64,000 bases of DNA from Promethearchaeota archaeon (GCA_048940645.1 JBHLOI010000007.1:1-64000); one strand, 5' to 3'. Positions 8,389 through 19,659 are shown, counted from the first letter of the stretch. Made by a program: numbers and translations. Notes: generated from the sequence alone by a model not told the origin.

Positions 8389-9906
8389 ATGAATAAAAAA
8401 AGAGTTATTCCTGTTATAGTAGTAGTTTTTAGCGTAATCTTGATTATTACTTTATTTATAGTTTTCTTTCCAACACAACCACCTGTAGCACCAGGCTCTC
8501 GGAAAGCAATCGTACTTAGCAGTGCAAATAACTATCATAGAAAAGATGGGGAACCTGATTTTAATGATGGAGAAGATTCAAAATTCGATATTGAAGCTTT
8601 TCCTCCTACGTGGACGCAAGATTTTGTTAATGCGTCTGGAGGAATTGAGAGCTCACTCCCCGGTCATGATACTCCTGGATTTATATTTTTATATGCATTA
8701 ACTAATCCTCCCCAACCCAAATATGTTAATACGGAGTTCGTATACAATTGGACAAACTATTATGAGTTACTTAAATTTGCGGCCTACAGAATTTCTGCTT
8801 GGGTTAATATTTCAACTAATATATACTCTCCACCCATTACACCTGCTACCATAACACCTCCCGGTGCAGGTGCAAGAATAGGATTACGGTGGTTAAATTC
8901 TAGCAATGATATAGTGAGAGAAGATTGGTCGACGGGATTATATGGAGGTTTTTGGGGATGGACATTTTTGAATGTTACTGGTATTGCTGATAATTCAACT
9001 CTAAATGAAATAACTCAATTACATTTAGTTCTAGCAGTTGGGGGTTATATGAATGGTGGTGACATGGTACTTTTTGACGACGTTAAAGTTGAATATTGGT
9101 TTCCTCCCCCAATTCCAATCCCAATTCCAAGCAATGTAAATACAGATGGTTTTCCTGCTCAGGCACTCCAAGTTTACTGGATTTTAAAGAATCATGGATA
9201 TACTGATGACAATATATTCTTAATGCTTTATCATACGGGGGATGACATCATAGATATATATGCATCTGACGGTATCCCTAATGACTTAAATAGATCTGGT
9301 ATTCTTGCATCGATAGATGTTGAGAATGATGACGTGAATGCCAGTAGATTTAAAAAAGAACTAGATATCTCAATTCCAGGTTCATTTGCTTCTGGTATAA
9401 AACCCAATGATCAATTGATTATCTATATGGTAGATCATGGTTCAAATAAAGTACTCGGTAATGGAAACGCAACATTTCATTTCGAGGCAGACGATAGTTA
9501 TATAACTGAAATGGAATTTTTTAATCTCGTTAAACTGATTAATTGTGAACGAATGTTGATAAATATCGATATTTGTTTTAGCGGTAATTTTTTAAATCAT
9601 GATATAAACATAGGCTCTGATTGGTATAATATACCCAATTCTATATTAATTACCTCAACAACAGATATCCTTTCATGGTATTGGCGTGATAATAATAATG
9701 CTGATGGATTTGCGGGCTCATGGTTTTTCCATCAATTCTGGGAACAATTAAATCAAAGTATGACAATTGGAGATGCTTTCAATAATGCTAGAAATTTCAT
9801 TCCCTCAGGATATGTGAAAACTATAAATGAAATTCAATCCCCACTAATTCAAGACAATTTAGGAATTAAAGATCTTTGGGGTTTTAACGGTAATCCTCAA
9901 CTATAA
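8389..9906 (+). CDS. Membrane-anchored clan CD peptidase (C13 legumain/GPI8-like) with inserted beta-rich domain
   Basis: N-terminal signal anchor; KAIVLSS...QALQVYWILKNHGYTDDNIFLMLY; catalytic-type IYMVDHG and IDICFSG. Confidence 0.7.
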   Translation: MNKKRVIPVIVVVFSVILIITLFIVFFPTQPPVAPGSRKAIVLSSANNYHRKDGEPDFNDGEDSKFDIEAFPPTWTQDFVNASGGIESSLPGHDTPGFIFLYALTNPPQPKYVNTEFVYNWTNYYELLKFAAYRISAWVNISTNIYSPPITPATITPPGAGARIGLRWLNSSNDIVREDWSTGLYGGFWGWTFLNVTGIADNSTLNEITQLHLVLAVGGYMNGGDMVLFDDVKVEYWFPPPIPIPIPSNVNTDGFPAQALQVYWILKNHGYTDDNIFLMLYHTGDDIIDIYASDGIPNDLNRSGILASIDVENDDVNASRFKKELDISIPGSFASGIKPNDQLIIYMVDHGSNKVLGNGNATFHFEADDSYITEMEFFNLVKLINCERMLINIDICFSGNFLNHDINIGSDWYNIPNSILITSTTDILSWYWRDNNNADGFAGSWFFHQFWEQLNQSMTIGDAFNNARNFIPSGYVKTINEIQSPLIQDNLGIKDLWGFNGNPQL

Positions 9907-9964
9907 TTAAATCTATTTTTACTTTTTTTAATTTTCTGCCTTGATAATTATAGCTAATTAGGTT

Positions 9965-11518
9965 TTAATATTGCTCCCAGATTTTTATCGTCCTATCGTC
10001 CGATCCACTAGCAACATATTTACAATCGGGAGAGATAGTAATTGAATTTACTTCTCTTCTATGCCCCTCGATTGTTCTTACGATTTCACCACTTTCTAAA
10101 TCCCACATTTTAACTTTTCCATCCAATGAACCACTGACAACATATTTACTATCAGGAGAAACAGCTACAGAAAGTACCCACCAAGTATTCCCTTTGAGCA
10201 ACCTAACGTATCTTCCGGTATTTATATCCCACATCTTCACGGATTTATCATTTGAACTACTAACTATATATTCTCCATCAGAAGACACCACGACTGAAGT
10301 AATATGCTTTTTATGAGCATCTATCGTTCTAATTATTTCACCGGTATTTAATTCCCAGATTATTATAGTTTTGTCATTCGATCCGCTTATCAAATACTTA
10401 CCACTGGGAGAAATGGCAATGGAACTCACTTCCTTTCTATGCCCCTTAAGCGTATTCAACAGATCACCGGTTTTTAAATCCCATATCATAATATTTTTAT
10501 CAAATGAACCACTGATAACATATTTACCATCAGGAGAAACAGCTACTGATGAAACATACCATGAATGCCCTTTAAGATTTTGAATTAGCTCACCTGTGGA
10601 AAAATTCCATATTTTCACAGTATTATCGTTCGAACCACTAACTATATATTTTCCATCATAAGAGAAGGCAACAGAGTTTATATCCTTTTCATGTCCTTCA
10701 AGCGTTCTTACGAGTTTACCGGTGGAGAATTCCCATATTTTTATGGTCCTATCTTTCGAACCACTTACAATATATTCACCATTAGGAGAGAACGCCACCG
10801 ACGCCACACCCTTTCTATGTCCTTTAAAAGGTTGAATACTAATAATTTTCTCTTCCATAATTACTTCTTCTGGTAAAAATTCTTCCTTGATTGGCTCTTC
10901 GATAACTATTTCTTCCCTTGGTAAAGCTTCTTCTTTAATTGACTCTTCGATAACTAATTCTTCCTCAACTAATCTATGACCACAATGGGTACACACTTTC
11001 CAATGAGATTTAATATCGCTGCCACAGGAAGGACAATTATATATATCTACTTCTTCCTTCGGTAAAACTTCTTCCTTGATTGGCTCCTCCATAACTACCT
11101 CTTCCTTTGGTAAAATTTCTTCCTTGATTGGCTCCTCCATAACTACTTCTTCCGTTGGTAAACCTTCTCCTTTGATTGACTCCTCAATAACTATTTCTTC
11201 CTTTGATAAAGGTTCTTCCTTGATTGGATATAATTCTATTTCTCTAATTCTTTGACCACAATAGGCACACACTTTCCAATTCGATTTTACATGCTTACCA
11301 CAGTAACGACAATAAGGTGAATAAATCGTCTCTATTGGTTCTTCGATAAGAAGATCGTCTAGCTCTAGTTTGTCGAGCCATTTTCTGATTCTTATCATAC
11401 TTACCTTTTGATCATCTGCAATATCTTGAATTGTTCTCCCTAAAACATAATACTGATGCTTTAACCAGTCTAAATTCATATAATCTTCCTTTTCTCCTGT
11501 ATCGTTCTTTTTGGACAT
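9965..11518 (-). CDS. WD40 beta-propeller protein with N-terminal HTH-like segment, two double-CxxC zinc ribbons and acidic repeats
   Basis: Seven GH...VSGS.D..(I/V)KIW(D/E) repeats; CRYCG..CAYCG and CPSCG..CTHCG; PIKEE repeats. Confidence 0.92.
   Translation of the reverse strand: MSKKNDTGEKEDYMNLDWLKHQYYVLGRTIQDIADDQKVSMIRIRKWLDKLELDDLLIEEPIETIYSPYCRYCGKHVKSNWKVCAYCGQRIREIELYPIKEEPLSKEEIVIEESIKGEGLPTEEVVMEEPIKEEILPKEEVVMEEPIKEEVLPKEEVDIYNCPSCGSDIKSHWKVCTHCGHRLVEEELVIEESIKEEALPREEIVIEEPIKEEFLPEEVIMEEKIISIQPFKGHRKGVASVAFSPNGEYIVSGSKDRTIKIWEFSTGKLVRTLEGHEKDINSVAFSYDGKYIVSGSNDNTVKIWNFSTGELIQNLKGHSWYVSSVAVSPDGKYVISGSFDKNIMIWDLKTGDLLNTLKGHRKEVSSIAISPSGKYLISGSNDKTIIIWELNTGEIIRTIDAHKKHITSVVVSSDGEYIVSSSNDKSVKMWDINTGRYVRLLKGNTWWVLSVAVSPDSKYVVSGSLDGKVKMWDLESGEIVRTIEGHRREVNSITISPDCKYVASGSDDRTIKIWEQY
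11048..11227 (-). repeat. 48-bp (16-aa) tandem coding repeat, ~3.7 units; two further units at about 10850-10945
   Basis: PIKEEPLSKEEIVIEE / SIKGEGLPTEEVVMEE / PIKEEILPKEEVVMEE / PIKEEVLPKEEV. Confidence 0.85.
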
Positions 11519-12103
11519 ATTATTAACCTCCTTATATTATTAGTAATTACACCTTAAAATAATCAATCCAATAACATATAAAGAAATACCGCTTTTTTTC
11601 AATCCCATATTTCTAATTCAACTTACTAATTTAATTTAGAACATAAATCGTTATTGAACGATCCCCTCAAGTTCTAACTCGTCTTTTTCCTCTCTTTTCC
11701 TTTTCTCATTTAATTTATTTCGCCAAAAATGTATAGACTATAATGTAAAAAGAACCCAAATTTTTTTCTGAAATATCTTTATTTATTTCATTTAAAGATT
11801 ATATTTTAAATAGATAAAAGTGAATTTAAAGCTTCAATCGAAATTTGCCAGTAAAAATACCTAATTACAACTAAATAATGATTTTTACCGGTAAAATTTT
11901 GACTAATTTTCACTGAATGAGCAATTTGATCCTAACTTTCCTTAGCTTCAGATTAAAATCCTTACTAAAAAGAAATAAAAGAACAACTTAAATGGGCAAT
12001 TAACGGAATTGATATCGTTGGATGCGAGCTATGCCAAAATATAGCTAAAAAGTTACAAGAAAAATAGAAATTAAAAATAAATTAAAAAAAATAATTGAAT
12101 TGC

Positions 12104-13801
12104 TTAATACATATCTCCAGGGGGCATACCCATTCCGCCCATACCACCCATGCCTCCCATTCCACCCATACCTCCAGGGGGCATCCCTCCAGGGGGCATC
12201 CCAGGTGGGCCAGCAGTTTTCGCACTGGCGATGACATCGTCAATTCTTAGCAGCATTGATGCGGCTTCGGCGGAACTTTTAATAGCTTGAATTTTGACAA
12301 TAGTAGGTTCTATGACTCCTACTTTTACCATATCATCGATTATATCTCCCGTGTCTAAATCAATAGCTGCAAATTTATTACCTGCTTGATGTGAGGCTCT
12401 TAATTTCATGAGGACTTCAATCTGATCTAAACCTGCGTTTTCCGCTAAAGTTTTTGGTACAATATCTAAACTATCGGCAAAAACTTCTACTGCTAATTGC
12501 TCACGCCCACCTAAAGTTTGAGCATATTTACGTAATTGAATTGCAGTTTCCAACTCTGGTGCTCCACCGCCTCCAACGACTTTTTCATCTTCTACAATGT
12601 CTCTAGTAACACATAAAGCATCATGAATTGCTCTATCTACCTCATCAACGATTAACTCGGTTCCACCTCTAATTAATATTACAACTGACTTTGGATCTTT
12701 GCATTCTTCGATAAAAATCCAGCTATCATTCATAACTTTGCGTTCTTCTACTAAACCAGCAAAACCTAGTTTTTCTGGTGTAACATCGTCTAGGTTGGTA
12801 AAAATCATACCTCCAGTGGCTTTTGAGAGCTTTTCAATATCAGATTTCTTAACTCTTCTTACAGTTAGAATCCCTGCTTTTGTTAAGAAGTGTTGAGCCA
12901 TATCATCGATTCCTTTTTGACATATTAAAACGTTAGCGCCTGAATTTTCGATTTTTTGCACCATTTTTCTTAGCATGTGTTCCTCTTCATCTAAAAATTG
13001 TTGGATTTGTTCTGGACTTGTAATCTGAAGTTTGCTATCGAACTCAGTCTTTTCAATTTCCACAGCGCTTTGTAATAAGAGAATTTTAGCATCTTTTACA
13101 CTTCTTGGCATACCTGGGCTTACAACTTCCTTATCTAATATAATCCCCTTAATCAATGTAGTATCATCAATGCTTTCTCCTTCTTTTTTCTGAATTTGTA
13201 CTTTCTCAATATCAGCTATCCATTTACCATTTTCATCTTTTTCAGCAATAGCTTTAATAGCGTCAATACATAATCCTGCAAGCATTTCTCTTGATTCAGA
13301 TACGATTTTACTTGACATACAAGTCATTGCGGCATTTTTAAGACCATCATAGTCATCAATTCCACTTTTAATTGACATTCCTTCTAAAATTTTAATTGAT
13401 TTTTCAGCAGCTCTTCGAAAACCTTCAGTAATTACTGTAGGGTGAATTTTTTGTTGTAAAAGTTTTTCTGCTCGTTTTAATAGCTCACCAGCAAGAATAA
13501 CACTCGTAGTTGTACCATCACCCACTTCTGAATCTTGAGTTTTGGCGACTTCTACCATCATTTTTGCCGCAGGATGTTGTACATCAATTTCCTTTAATAT
13601 TGTAGCTCCATCATTCGTTATTACAACATCACCAAACTGATCAACGAGCATTTTATCCATACCTCGTGGTCCAAGTGAGGTTCTGACTGCTTCAGCAATT
13701 ACTTTAGCCGCAGCAATATTATTTTCCATAGCGTCTTTTCCGCGTTGTCTTTCAGTACCTTCCTTTAAAAGGATGATAGGTTGACCTCCTAATTGTGCCA
13801 T
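12104..13801 (-). CDS. ths: Thermosome (group II chaperonin) subunit
   Basis: [30 protein letters not shown]; GGM-rich C-terminal tail. Confidence 0.97.
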   Translation of the reverse strand: MAQLGGQPIILLKEGTERQRGKDAMENNIAAAKVIAEAVRTSLGPRGMDKMLVDQFGDVVITNDGATILKEIDVQHPAAKMMVEVAKTQDSEVGDGTTTSVILAGELLKRAEKLLQQKIHPTVITEGFRRAAEKSIKILEGMSIKSGIDDYDGLKNAAMTCMSSKIVSESREMLAGLCIDAIKAIAEKDENGKWIADIEKVQIQKKEGESIDDTTLIKGIILDKEVVSPGMPRSVKDAKILLLQSAVEIEKTEFDSKLQITSPEQIQQFLDEEEHMLRKMVQKIENSGANVLICQKGIDDMAQHFLTKAGILTVRRVKKSDIEKLSKATGGMIFTNLDDVTPEKLGFAGLVEERKVMNDSWIFIEECKDPKSVVILIRGGTELIVDEVDRAIHDALCVTRDIVEDEKVVGGGGAPELETAIQLRKYAQTLGGREQLAVEVFADSLDIVPKTLAENAGLDQIEVLMKLRASHQAGNKFAAIDLDTGDIIDDMVKVGVIEPTIVKIQAIKSSAEAASMLLRIDDVIASAKTAGPPGMPPGGMPPGGMGGMGGMGGMGGMGMPPGDMY

Positions 13802-14279
13802 ATTTTTTCACTTTCACTAAATTTAAATTTGAATTGTATCAATAATTAATTGTTATATAATGATCTCTAAGTCATAAAATTAAAAAAGTTTACGAAAATT
13901 TATTATAAGAGAAAAAGAAGCTCAAGGTATAAAAAATTAAATTTTATTTTGTTAAAATTAGTATCCAGCTCTACTTTGTTAAAACGACAAAATTTTAATT
14001 ATCAAATTATAAACCTCTCATATAAAAGTCTCCCGAATTACCCTTTCATTTTCTTAAGGTTTATTTGTTTTCTCATTCTTTTTTTGTTAAAATATGTCGA
14101 ATAAATCTTAATACTATAGGAATTATCAATTTCTTTCCCTTTGCATTTTGGTTTATTTGATTTTAAATTATAGAAATTAATCCTTATATATTCACTCAAC
14201 TTATTTATAAATTAAAGAAATCATATAAAAAATCCATTTAGCTAAAATATTAATCAAAAAATTAGTCTGAGGAAGAGAA

Positions 14280-14960
14280 ATGACAATTATATTTCATTTT
14301 TGGTTCAATTCCTTTGCATATTTTTTACCATTAGGTATGTATAGCGCTTATATGATCGCATTTAGTGTTTTTCTAATCATTGCCAGTAAAGAGAAAGATA
14401 GAACCACTATTTTTAAAAATCATTTAAAGTATGCAGCAATTGTTAACTTTATCAGCATCATTCTCCTATTTTTCTTTCCTAGCGGGGCCTATATTTGGAG
14501 TCCAACTAATGAGGAAATGATGGCAGTGATTCTGTTTTTAGATATTTTACCTTCTTTGCTTACGTATATTCCAAGAATTTATTCTTTTGGAATCGTATTT
14601 TTTGCTTATGGCTATAAAAATCGAAGTGTAATTAAAAATTATCTAATGTACACAGGTATTTTTTGGCTCATATTTACAATCTGGGCTTCTATTACTCTTT
14701 TCTCGCCATTTTTCAGGATCTCTCAGCTAGTATATATCTTACATCAGGTTTTTAATTTTCCCAGTTTCGAGCTTATTGCAATTCTTATTCAGGTTTTTTC
14801 ATTTGGAGGAATTTTTGACGCGTTCGCAAGCATTTTTCTATTGATTCATGCGTTCGTTAATAACGATTCTTCATTAAAAATAGCAGGATTTATCTATTTC
14901 ATCGGAACAGCAACAATAGGACTTAGTCAAATCGCATATTATATTCAAATGATGTCATAG
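14280..14960 (+). CDS. Hypothetical integral membrane protein
   Basis: ORF track; about 6 hydrophobic segments; purine-rich SD-like GAGGAAG upstream. Confidence 0.7.
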   Translation: MTIIFHFWFNSFAYFLPLGMYSAYMIAFSVFLIIASKEKDRTTIFKNHLKYAAIVNFISIILLFFFPSGAYIWSPTNEEMMAVILFLDILPSLLTYIPRIYSFGIVFFAYGYKNRSVIKNYLMYTGIFWLIFTIWASITLFSPFFRISQLVYILHQVFNFPSFELIAILIQVFSFGGIFDAFASIFLLIHAFVNNDSSLKIAGFIYFIGTATIGLSQIAYYIQMMS

Positions 14961-15145
14961 AACACAGGTTATTAATTTAATAAATTAAATTGATTTAATA
15001 AATTTGAGATAAATCGTAATTTAGGGAAAGATAGAGCTGCAAAATACTGGGAAAAAATAATTGCGCAGATGTAAATACTGGCAATCCTATAAGCATTAAT
15101 TTAGGAAGAATCAAGGCATTTTAGTGTTAAAAACACGAAAAAGCT

Positions 15146-15310
15146 CTATTTTGTTAATTCTCTTCTTTTTAGCCGAAGATCTTTTCCTCTACAACGACGA
15201 CATTTCCTGGCTCTAATTGGATTGAGTGCACCACAGCGTCTACATACACTTTTTTCTAATAAATGATATCTAGCTATTTTTCTTTTGTAAGGGTCATCAA
15301 TAGGTGCCAA
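15146..15310 (-). CDS. rpl40e: 50S ribosomal protein L40e
   Basis: Below the ORF-track cutoff; TTG start; MAPIDDPYKRKIARYHLLEKSVCRRCGALNPIRARKCRRCRGKDLRLKRRELTK (54 aa); GGAGG upstream. Confidence 0.95.
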   Translation of the reverse strand: MAPIDDPYKRKIARYHLLEKSVCRRCGALNPIRARKCRRCRGKDLRLKRRELTK

Positions 15311-15513
15311 AGCGATTTCCTCCGTTTTTTTTTTTAGTTACTTAGAAAATTAAATGTTTTAATTCTATAATCTTTAGATAACAAGATAAAGATGTATGGA
15401 AGAATAGTAAAAAGAATTAAAATTTTTGTATCTGAATGAAAAAATTCAAATTTTATAATTAATTAGAATTCAAATAATTGAATTCTAAGCATTTAAATAT
15501 CGGATGATATATC

Positions 15514-15708
15514 ATGCCTAAGGAAATTTTCGATGAAAATGAATTTTTAGAATTGGCTGAATTCGCAATTCATTGTAGAGTAAAAAGAATTAAGGATGTT
15601 GTAAAATTAAAGCTCAGAACAAAGAAATACTTATATACATACAAAACTGATCCTAATACAGCAAATAGACTGCTAAATACTTTAAAGTGCGATGTTATTG
15701 AATTATAA
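15514..15708 (+). CDS. rpl38e: Ribosomal protein L38e
   Basis: MPKEI...VKLKLRTKKYLYTY pattern matches eL38 (MP.. VKFKVRCSRYLYTL). Confidence 0.88.
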   Translation: MPKEIFDENEFLELAEFAIHCRVKRIKDVVKLKLRTKKYLYTYKTDPNTANRLLNTLKCDVIEL

Positions 15709-15750
15709 GAGAAATGTATTGTTTAAATAATATATAATTAAGCTTAAATA

Positions 15751-16260
15751 ATGAAAAATCTTCCAGCGTGTCAAACATGTGTAAATTCAGGCTTTTTATG
15801 TAATAGTTGTGAACAGAAGCTAGATGCTGGCGAACTGACTGAGTTTGAGTTAGATTTAGCAAAAGGATTGTTAACACTGGAAGAACAAGAAAAGTTTAAT
15901 TTTTTGAAAGATATTTCTTTTTATAAAGCTATAGATTTTGAAGATGTAGTAATACTGGTTCTAGGAAGAAAAGATAAGCTCAGAATCACTCAAGATTTGA
16001 TTAATTGGATAAAAGAAACATATGAAATAGATGAATTGATTTTTATTGAAAAAACAAATAAGCCAAGACCCGTAATAGAAGCTTTAATTGCTCCAAGTAA
16101 ATTGATTTCCTTAAACGAGATCTTCTTAGCTACTGGAGATATTGAATTTAAGGCTGTTGTTAGATCTCAAGATAAAGAAGAAATCTTATTTACTAAAGAA
16201 GAATTAGAAGATTTAGTATTAGAATTAATTGGGAAAGTAACGCGGATAGAATTTGAGTAA
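15751..16260 (+). CDS. Archaeal NusA-related protein with N-terminal zinc finger
   Basis: CQTC..SGFLCNSC N-terminus followed by a KH-like region; usual neighbour of pth2/truD in archaea. Confidence 0.65.
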   Translation: MKNLPACQTCVNSGFLCNSCEQKLDAGELTEFELDLAKGLLTLEEQEKFNFLKDISFYKAIDFEDVVILVLGRKDKLRITQDLINWIKETYEIDELIFIEKTNKPRPVIEALIAPSKLISLNEIFLATGDIEFKAVVRSQDKEEILFTKEELEDLVLELIGKVTRIEFE

Positions 16261-16298
16261 TTCATCTAGTTTCTTAAAAACTAATAGGTTTAGTAACC

Positions 16299-16655
16299 GT
16301 GGAAGAATATAAACAAGTCATTTTAATAAGAATAGATTTAAAAATGGGTACTGGTAAAAAGTGTGCTCAATCATGTCATGCTTCAGTTTCAGCGGCAGAT
16401 TTAGTTAGGAGAAAAAATAAGTCAGTTTGGAAACATTGGATTAATTCAGGACAAAAAAAAGTAGTTCTTAAGATTGATAATTTGATATATTTAAACGAAA
16501 TTTTAAATAAACTTGATAAAAAAGAAATCCCATATTTTTTAGTTCAGGATGCTGGATTAACTCAATTACCTCCAGGTACTACAACAGCTTTGGGTATTGG
16601 TCCAGCAAGGTCAAAAGAAATTGATGATATCACTGGAAATCTAAAACTGTTATAA
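16299..16655 (+). CDS. pth2: Peptidyl-tRNA hydrolase Pth2
   Basis: [49 protein letters not shown]. Confidence 0.96.
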   Translation: MEEYKQVILIRIDLKMGTGKKCAQSCHASVSAADLVRRKNKSVWKHWINSGQKKVVLKIDNLIYLNEILNKLDKKEIPYFLVQDAGLTQLPPGTTTALGIGPARSKEIDDITGNLKLL

Positions 16656-16677
16656 AAAAATATGAAGGCTACATACT

Positions 16678-18063
16678 TTGGATGAAAGTGGTAAAAATAA
16701 TCTAATTTTTATTGCCAATGGGGAAAAAAGACTTGAGAGATTTGTAAATATTAATATTTATTCTTCTTCGAATGTAGAAGGAATAGGAGGGCTTTACAAA
16801 TATGATTTTAAAGATTTTATAGTAAAGGAAATTATCAAAGGGCGGTATACGCTTGAAATAAAGGAAGATAATCCTAGCTCTTCTTTCTCTAAAGAATCAA
16901 AAGATCGATTCACAACCTTTAATCTGATTAAAATAAATAAAGAAACATTTGAAGTAATTAAAATCCTAAGCAAAACTCTAAAGATTCCTATAGATTCAAT
17001 TTATTATTCTGGTTTAAAAGATAAATGTTCAATTAGCGTGCAAAAAATGTCTATTAGGGGAAATTTTATTGAAATACTGAGAGATTTAAAACTTAAAGAT
17101 ATCTTCATAAGAAATATTTACCCTTCAAAGAAATCTGTAAAGTTAGGAAGTAATTGGGGTAATCAATTTATAATTACAGTAAGAAATATAGAAAAATTCA
17201 AAAATACATTAACAAAAATTAACAAAATTTTTAAAATTCTTAAAAATCAAGGATTTCCAAATTATTTTGGACTTCAAAGATTTGGTACATTTAGACCAAA
17301 TTCGCATCTTATTGGAAGGTTTATATTAGAAGGCAAATTTAAGGAAGCTTTTGATGAATATGTTGTCAATTCATATGCCACAGAATCAATGCGATCTCAA
17401 AAAATTCGTAATGAATTAAGAAAAAGCGGTGATCTTGAAAAAGCCTACAATCAATTTCCTAATAGTTTGAATTATGAAAAGATTATGATTAAGTATCTAA
17501 TTGAAAATCCTGATGATTACAAAGGGGCTGTATATAAGCTACCTAATTATCTAATAAAATTATTACTTAGCTCTTTTCAATCTTACTTATTTAACAGCAT
17601 GTTAACTATGAGGATTATGAAGGGTTTCCCATTATTTAAACCAATAAATGGTGATGTAATTAGCATTTTAGATGATATTGATGGGCAGTGTACACAAATT
17701 ATTTACAAATATGGAGGAAATTATGATAAATTTTTAAAGGAGGCTTTAAAGCTAAAGCGTGCTTCTATAATATTCCCTATAATTGGTTATGATACGGATT
17801 TAGATGAATTTCCATTAGCGAAAGCTTTAAGCAAAGAAATATTTTCAAAGGAAAATCTTAATAAAGACATTTTTAATAGGGAACTATTGAGAGATCATGA
17901 ATTTAAAGGAGCTTTTCGAGCGATAACAGCCAAACCAATTGGTCTAAACTTATTAGAATTTACTGAAGACGATATATTTCAAGAAAAATTTAAATTAAAA
18001 CTAGAATTTTCGCTCCAGAAGGGATCTTATGCTACGATGCTATTAAGAGAACTTATAAAATAA
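16678..18063 (+). CDS. truD: tRNA pseudouridine(13) synthase TruD
   Basis: DFIVKEI, SGLKDK, GFPNYFGLQRFG, FSLQKGSYATMLLRE. Confidence 0.95.
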   Translation: MDESGKNNLIFIANGEKRLERFVNINIYSSSNVEGIGGLYKYDFKDFIVKEIIKGRYTLEIKEDNPSSSFSKESKDRFTTFNLIKINKETFEVIKILSKTLKIPIDSIYYSGLKDKCSISVQKMSIRGNFIEILRDLKLKDIFIRNIYPSKKSVKLGSNWGNQFIITVRNIEKFKNTLTKINKIFKILKNQGFPNYFGLQRFGTFRPNSHLIGRFILEGKFKEAFDEYVVNSYATESMRSQKIRNELRKSGDLEKAYNQFPNSLNYEKIMIKYLIENPDDYKGAVYKLPNYLIKLLLSSFQSYLFNSMLTMRIMKGFPLFKPINGDVISILDDIDGQCTQIIYKYGGNYDKFLKEALKLKRASIIFPIIGYDTDLDEFPLAKALSKEIFSKENLNKDIFNRELLRDHEFKGAFRAITAKPIGLNLLEFTEDDIFQEKFKLKLEFSLQKGSYATMLLRELIK

Positions 18064-19620
18064 TTAATTTATTTTAACGGAGTATTTCTGAATACTTTCT
18101 TGCCCAAAAATGTTAATAACTTTTACTTGAATGTGGTATTGATTTGATTCTTTATAAAAGTATGGAGTAGATGTTAATTGTATTTTTCGGTTTTTAGCTG
18201 TTTTATATGAAAACCATACATTGTTAAAGCAATCATCTTTATGATTAAAATCAACAGCCCAATAATCAACCAAGTCATGAAATGAGACGATTTTGTGTTT
18301 AATCTTATCATTTATTAAATTTATAAAAGGTAATTCATAACTTTTTAATTCAATCCACACCTTTTTTCCATCTTTACAAATCTCTAATTCAAATCTAGGA
18401 GGGCCGTTCATATTGATATTTTCATCTTCTTTCTTTAGAAAGTTTTCAGGAATATTAACAGTATTAAATTCTGCATTCATGTTGATAATTTCAAATGGTT
18501 GAAAAGAACGATCATAAGTTTCCTTCCAATTAAAAAGATTATTACTATTAGAAATATCCAGAATTCTTTTCCTAGTAATATGAATTGCATGGTTTGCTAA
18601 ATCACACCCTATCCAACGTCTATTAAGTTTCTCAGCAACAATAAGGCTGGTACCACTTCCACAAAAGAAATCTGCTATAAGATCACCCTCATTTGAAGAT
18701 GCTAAAATAATACGTTTTAATAGTCTCTCTGGTTTTTGAGTCGAAAAACCTTGATATTCAAGTGTATTAGCTCTAATATAAGGTATATCATTCCAAACAT
18801 CTCTGGGAAAAATCCCGTCTTCTTTAACATAGACTTTGCGAGATAATTTTTTTCCATTATGACTTCCTCCCCGGTAATAAAATATTCCATGATTATCTTT
18901 CTTTAATGCATTTTTAACTCTATTTGAGTATTTCATATAGATATTTGGATCATCATTAAAAATGTAATCATCAGATTTTGTATAAAATAAGATAACATCA
19001 TAAGATCTGATGAAAAATCTTCTTGTTTGAGCTGAAGCTGCTGGATATGACCATATTATTTCATTTCTAAAATTTCCACTTCCAAATATTTCATCCAAAA
19101 TAACTTTTATGTAATGGCTAACATGCCAATCTAAATGAACATAAATACTTCCATTTTCAGAAAGTAAATGTTTCATTAACATCAAACGTTCATATAAAAA
19201 AGATAAATAAGCCTCTAAACCTTCTTTCCACGTATCTGAATATGCTATTGCAGATTCACTAAAATCATTTTCTCCAATATGGATTTTATAATTAAAATTT
19301 CCCCCAGTTGCGAATGGAGGGTCAATATAGATAAGATTGATTTTACTCGAAAAATCCTTTAATAACAAATTTAAAATATTTTTATTTTCTCCCCAAATAA
19401 GAAGATTATGCCAATCTTTCTCAGGTGTATTATCTATTATTTTATGTTGGTATTTTTCAAACAAAACTCCTAGATTTTGCTTTCTATTTTGCAAATTTTC
19501 TTTATTTTTGAGATTTAATCTAGAGAAATTATATTGATCTTTTTTTCCACTCCAAATTAGATTTGGCATAATTAATCCTTTATAAGATAGCAAAAAATTT
19601 ATTGTTAATTTCCTTTTCAA
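18064..19620 (-). CDS. Orphan site-specific DNA methyltransferase (N4/N6, beta class, Mod-like); likely start at ATG 19569
   Basis: IYIDPPF catalytic motif precedes TQKPE and DFFCGSGT SAM-binding motif; no restriction subunit adjacent. Confidence 0.9.
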   Translation of the reverse strand: MKRKLTINFLLSYKGLIMPNLIWSGKKDQYNFSRLNLKNKENLQNRKQNLGVLFEKYQHKIIDNTPEKDWHNLLIWGENKNILNLLLKDFSSKINLIYIDPPFATGGNFNYKIHIGENDFSESAIAYSDTWKEGLEAYLSFLYERLMLMKHLLSENGSIYVHLDWHVSHYIKVILDEIFGSGNFRNEIIWSYPAASAQTRRFFIRSYDVILFYTKSDDYIFNDDPNIYMKYSNRVKNALKKDNHGIFYYRGGSHNGKKLSRKVYVKEDGIFPRDVWNDIPYIRANTLEYQGFSTQKPERLLKRIILASSNEGDLIADFFCGSGTSLIVAEKLNRRWIGCDLANHAIHITRKRILDISNSNNLFNWKETYDRSFQPFEIINMNAEFNTVNIPENFLKKEDENINMNGPPRFELEICKDGKKVWIELKSYELPFINLINDKIKHKIVSFHDLVDYWAVDFNHKDDCFNNVWFSYKTAKNRKIQLTSTPYFYKESNQYHIQVKVINIFGQESIQKYSVKIN

Positions 19621-19659
19621 TTTTTAATCTAGGTAATAATAATCAAAAAAATTAAAAAT

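Noticed and set aside
7980-10195. WD40 fragment and full WD40 3' end as template/variable repeat of a diversity-generating retroelement
   Set aside because: By my manual comparison only about half of roughly 31 mismatches fall at adenines of the putative template, many are synonymous, and no reverse transcriptase is in the window. It looks like an ordinary decayed paralog.
12110-12210. GC-rich repetitive stretch
   Set aside because: Encodes the ordinary GGM/PPG tail of the thermosome subunit.
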